Notes under the pieces: model-generated
What the model saw: the letters and a program-made list of their open reading frames with translations, nothing else
Databases searched by the model: none
Told to the model about the DNA's origin: nothing
Made by a program: the position numbers and the translations under genes
Shown here: positions 59,093 through 64,000 of the stretch, in pieces
How positions within the stretch are numbered: the stretch's first letter is position 1
How the letters are laid out: each line of letters starts with the position of its first letter
NCBI RefSeq assembly: GCF_009914755.1
Contig: NC_060932.1
Reading direction: 5' to 3' (one strand)
Source of the DNA: the human T2T-CHM13v2.0 reference genome, Homo sapiens
DNA: 64,000 nt

Positions 59093-61600
59093 ACACTCTT
59101 GGAATTCTTAATGTAAGTGACCCTCTCTTTTTTCCCTTTCCGTCCTCTCGCCAATAAACATTACCCCCGTCACTTATACTCTCTTTTTCTAACTCCTCAC
59201 TTACAGGGATACAAAAGACCTTAACATGTAGCACTATATTAGAAAATAGAAGTTGACTAGAAAATTACCGCAATGTATTGCTACTCTTGCGGCTATTGTT
59301 ATTTTCACCAGGCCTGTGTTGAATATAGTCATGAATACGATGATTGCTGTTTATAAAGAACTTGGAACTCTTCCGACCCCAAGGAATTTGAGTTTCCAAG
59401 GAGTCATAAAGACATGACACCATCTTGTGGCCCAGTCATTGTTTGTGACGCTGAGGACTGAGCCCTGGAGTCAGCTCTCCCTGTCCTATTTCCTGCATTT
59501 CTAGGAACCCCCTCAGAGGCTGCAGGGCTGGGAGGGAGGACTGCCACAAGTAAGGGTTCTTTAAGTGGTGCCACTAAAAAACCGTGGGGCCTTGAACAGG
59601 TTGGTTTGCCTCCTGGAGCCTCAGCCTTCTCATCTGTAAAACAGAGGGAGCAATGTTTGCTTTGCTTTTATTGGTGTGCTTTAAAGGTAAGATGCCGTAT
59701 TGCTCCAGACCCTTTAGGCTTGGCTCCCTCTAAATCCTCAGTCAGAGAGTCTGAGCATCGCTGGCTTACATAAATTCTTCAGGCATTTAGGAAAAGGTGC
59801 ATCTGCTGGGCAGTGCTCAACTTGGGATGCGGTGGCTACTTTTGGAGAAAAAAAGTCCCACTTGCTTTGGGCAGGTGTAGCGCTGCACCCACCAGGGCAC
59901 ACAATTTGATCACAAGAGGGTGGGCTGGGTTTTGCCCTTACTCATTGTCCCCTTTGTGTGGTGAGCAACCTGCAGAACTGTTTGCAATGGTCCTGCACAG
60001 AGTTGGCTGTTGCCTCGGTATATTTGCATTTTTTGAGTCCTTGCTCTGACTGTGCCACTTTAAGATCCAGATCAGATGGAACCCTGTTGGTAAAGTCTTC
60101 TTGACTGTGCCTGGCAAGCTCTGTTGGAGGGCCTCCCCATCTGCCGGCCCCTCCAGCTTCCCTGATGGCTGCACATGCCTCTGCCCTGCTGTGGTGGACT
60201 TCTGCTCCATGCTTCTCCTCATCATCTCACCAGCTTGTGAGGATGAAGAATGTGCCTGCTGCTTCTTTATGTTTCCTTTTATACCAAGCACAGCACCTGG
60301 CTTTTGATCATGCTCAGAAAATATCAGAGAGATGAAGGAAGGAAGGAAGGAAGGGAGGGAGACAGGGAGAAAAGGAGGAGGGAAGGAAAGAAGGGATAGA
60401 GGGAGAGAGAAAAGAGAAAAAAGAGACCCCAGTGAACTCGCCTATGCTTCTTCTATCACATTTGAGCTGTAGGGTGTGATGCATGGGCCTGATCTCTGCA
60501 GCCTGTTCTCCACCCACTAGCTTGACCTTGAAGGGCAGGGAGTAGATCTTCCTCATCTTTGCATTCTCTTAGCACTTGGGACCACACCTAGCATGTGCAT
60601 GGGGCCCCACCACTGATAAATTGAGTTGAGATCAATGGGGTTGAGGAAGTAAGCTGCAAAGCCTACTCTCCAGACCCTATTTGTCTTCCAGCATCCCAAC
60701 ACGCGCCCCAGACAGCATCGGGGCAGCCCACACTGGCAGCAGACCCCAGTTCTCTCCCTGCTCTTAGCTCCTGCCTTGACCCAGACAGACCATTTTCACT
60801 TTGGACCTGCCTGACCTCAGCCTCCCTGACAAGGCCACAGGCTTGGATCTCCTTCCGTGTGTAAAGTGGTCCCTTGGCATTTGTGGATATTCCTTTGTAG
60901 GTTTTGACTCTTTGTAGAGTCATTTCAGAAGACCTACAATAAGGTAATTTGTTTACCGCACTGGTACTCAATCCAGGCTCAGCAGGTCCTTAGTTTTGTG
61001 ACCCTGGTCAAGTTATTTATACTTCCTAGTGCTCAGTGTTTCTCATCTGCTGTAAAATGGGATGATAATGGGTATCTTATGGGATTAGTGTGAAGACTAA
61101 ACGTTATCCATAAAGGCTCCCAACATGTGTGCCTGTGATATGGATGGGTCCTTCTTATGTTTATTCTCTAATTTGGAGTCAGCAATAATTTTCCGCAAAG
61201 GAAAGATAGTAATTTCGCCTTCGTTGCCCACATATGGTCTCTGCTGAATATATATATATGTATTCGTACATAAACAAATCTTTAGCCATGTAAAATTCAT
61301 GTGGATCATTAAAATAGACATCTATGGCATGGGTCAATTTGGTTAGTGCACTGCTATTTGCCAACACTGCATATGTCATGTGTTAGAAATTGCATCAAGT
61401 GTTTAAAGGAGTCATTTATCTTTTTATTTTTTCAGTCGTCCTTTGTTGAATTTTATGCTGGAAGCACACTAACATTTTTTTAATTGTTTTGTTTTTAAAA
61501 GTTGAGAGATTCGTGGTATTTGTTGACACGATCCCTCAACGATTTACTGTCTAATGAAAATGCATGCTCCTCTTATTTAATATCTGTATGTGACAGACAT

Positions 61601-61961
61601 TGACTTAGGTTGGGTGCTATAACAGAAACATCATAGATGGGGTGGCTTAAACAACAAACATTTATTTCTCACAGTTCTACAGGCTGTGAAGTCCAAGATG
61701 AAGATGCTGGCACATTTGGTGTCTGATGAGGGACTACGTCCTGGTTCATATGTCTTCTTTGCCCCTGTGTCCTTACGAGATGGAAAGCGCAGGAAAGCTC
61801 TCTGGGATCTCTTCTTATAAATGCACTAATGTCATTAATGAGGGCTCCACCCTCATGACCTAATCACCTCCCAAAGGCCCCACTATTTAATACCATTACT
61901 TTGGAGATTAGGATTTCAACATAAGAATTTGGGGGCAGGGCGTGAACATACAGTCCTTAAC
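61601..61961 (-). mobile_element. MLT1A-type LTR
   Basis: GGTGGCTTAAACAACAAACATTTATTTCTCACAGTTCT..CTCATGACCTAATCACCTCCCAAAGGCCCC..TTTCAACAT; imperfect TSD GACAT/GGCAT. Confidence 0.85.
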
Positions 61962-62821
61962 AGGCATAGTGTCCAGTATTTTACTTGCATTACCTAATTT
62001 AACCCTCAGAAGTTGGGATCATATCCTCATTTTATAGATGAGGCCAGAAAGGCTCAGAGAGAATGAGTAATTTACCCAATGTCACCTAATAAGAGGCAGA
62101 GCTGATCCCATGGTTGGTTCTGACCTACCAGCTGGCCCACCCTATTCCCCATCTAGATATGGGAGGAAGATGCTGTTCAGTATTTCCTGCTTAGATTCTG
62201 AGCCAGGCACCTCTTCTCTCTATGAGTCTCTAAGACCTGCAAAGCTGAGAACGAGAGTCTGAAAAGGAGCTTCATCAAGTCCAGAAAATCCTCAAAGAAT
62301 AGAAGGCATCAAGGATTAAGCCAGTGCTGGATCCTAAAGTTGCCTAGAGAATCAGAGGCTGCACACAGCTGTCATGCCTGTGGGATGAGGGCAGGGAGCC
62401 AAGGCCACTGCAGGGGGCAGAGAGGACTTTGGAGGAGATGCCATTTGGGTTGTTGCATAAGATTCCATGTGGTTTAGGGTGAATGTAAGAGAAATTCAAA
62501 TAAACCAGTGATAGCAGAAAGAAGAGGGGCATTTTATGTAATACATGTCAGAAATAATAACTAAATAAATACAGTACCAGGAGTGTAATATTGATCTCGT
62601 TGGGAGAGCAGAACATTTTGTCTTGCCAGAGGTACTGAGATCAGCCATTGGTTGATAAGCAAAGCACTTTATAAGCTCTTCTCTTCAGATGATATTTTTG
62701 AAAGTCTGGAGTAGTCTGTGGATGGATCAGGATGCTAAGCTCAATTATGATGATCACTGTTATTATTATCTTTATTTCTAAAAACAAAAGTTCTTAAAAG
62801 TCTAAAATGACACCCCATAGA

Positions 62822-63285
<464 letters not shown>

Positions 63286-63399
63286 TGAGTAACAAGACTT
63301 TCTAAGCCAATTGTACGTGGAGGTTGCCCCTGCTTTTAAGTAACCTCTAGGATTCACTGAGGGTCACTGTTGATTTGTCTCTGGCTCTGTTGTAGCAGA

Positions 63400-63610
63400 A
63401 AGAATCCAAGGCTATGGGTCAGAGGAGTCCAAATCTTGGTCTGAATCTGTCCCTGATTTATAATAGGGCCTTTGGCAAGTTATTTCAGCTCTCAGAGTCT
63501 CAGTTCACCCACCTGTGAAGTACAGGAGACAAATACTTATTCCACAGGGAATAAGCCAGACAGGTTAAATGAGATGATGTATGTGGAGACACCTGGCACC
63601 TGGTAGATGA
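63400..63610 (+). mobile_element. MIR
   Basis: TTGGCAAGTTATTT..CTCAGTT..CCTGTGAAGT..GTTAAATGAGAT..CCTGGCAC. Confidence 0.75.
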
Positions 63611-64000
63611 TCCAGACGTGCCCTTTATCCCTATATCTGAGCCTGCAGCCGCTCAAGGCAAGCCCTCACTCCACATGTCTCCAGGGCACCCTGGGGGTCA
63701 CAGGCTGGAGCCCCAAGCTGCCCGTGCTCCGTTATTTCTCCCAGATAGGCCTTTGAGTTTGTGCTTGAGTGTTGGGAAAAGCAGTTAGTTTTCCAACATC
63801 TGTTCTAGTCCCTTCCTCAGCCCAAGACATTCCTCTCTTTCTTCCCCACCTTGTCCCTTCCCTCCTCTATCTTGCTGTCACCTGCATCCCACATGATTGC
63901 CCCTAGTTCCCTGCCTCAAAGGTTCTGTTTGGAGATTTGCCCTCTTTTAAGAGCAGTACCTTTCCAAGCCCCTCCTTGCAGTGCCATAGAAGCATCTAGA

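Overview
This is primate (very probably human) genomic DNA, judged by AluY/S/J, THE1 and MER repeats. I found no supportable protein-coding exon; the ORF track is explained by microsatellites, Alus, CpG-island GC bias and a dead transposase. The main functional element is a ~3.1 kb CpG island (~29.55-32.7 kb) containing a likely minus-strand first exon (splice donor GTG|GTGAGT at 31582/31581) with upstream ORFs. If that exon is real, ~1-31.5 kb is a large first intron and ~33-64 kb is upstream/intergenic. I cannot name the gene. The rest is interspersed repeat. The notable structures are: (1) a near full-length Tigger3/Golem transposon (35.5-39.65 kb) carrying a THE1 LTR that itself holds an AluY, plus an inverted Tigger3b and an unexplained hairpin+poly(A) micro-insertion; (2) an LTR inside an LTR with an intact 4-bp target-site duplication (TSD); (3) a spacer-less inverted Alu fusion at 50.0 kb; (4) two Alus inserted at one target site; (5) a MER6 element carrying a V-SINE domain; and (6) several candidate enhancer/CTCF motifs. 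I see no convincing new biological system. Repeat subfamily names come from recalled consensus sequences and need RepeatMasker/Dfam confirmation.
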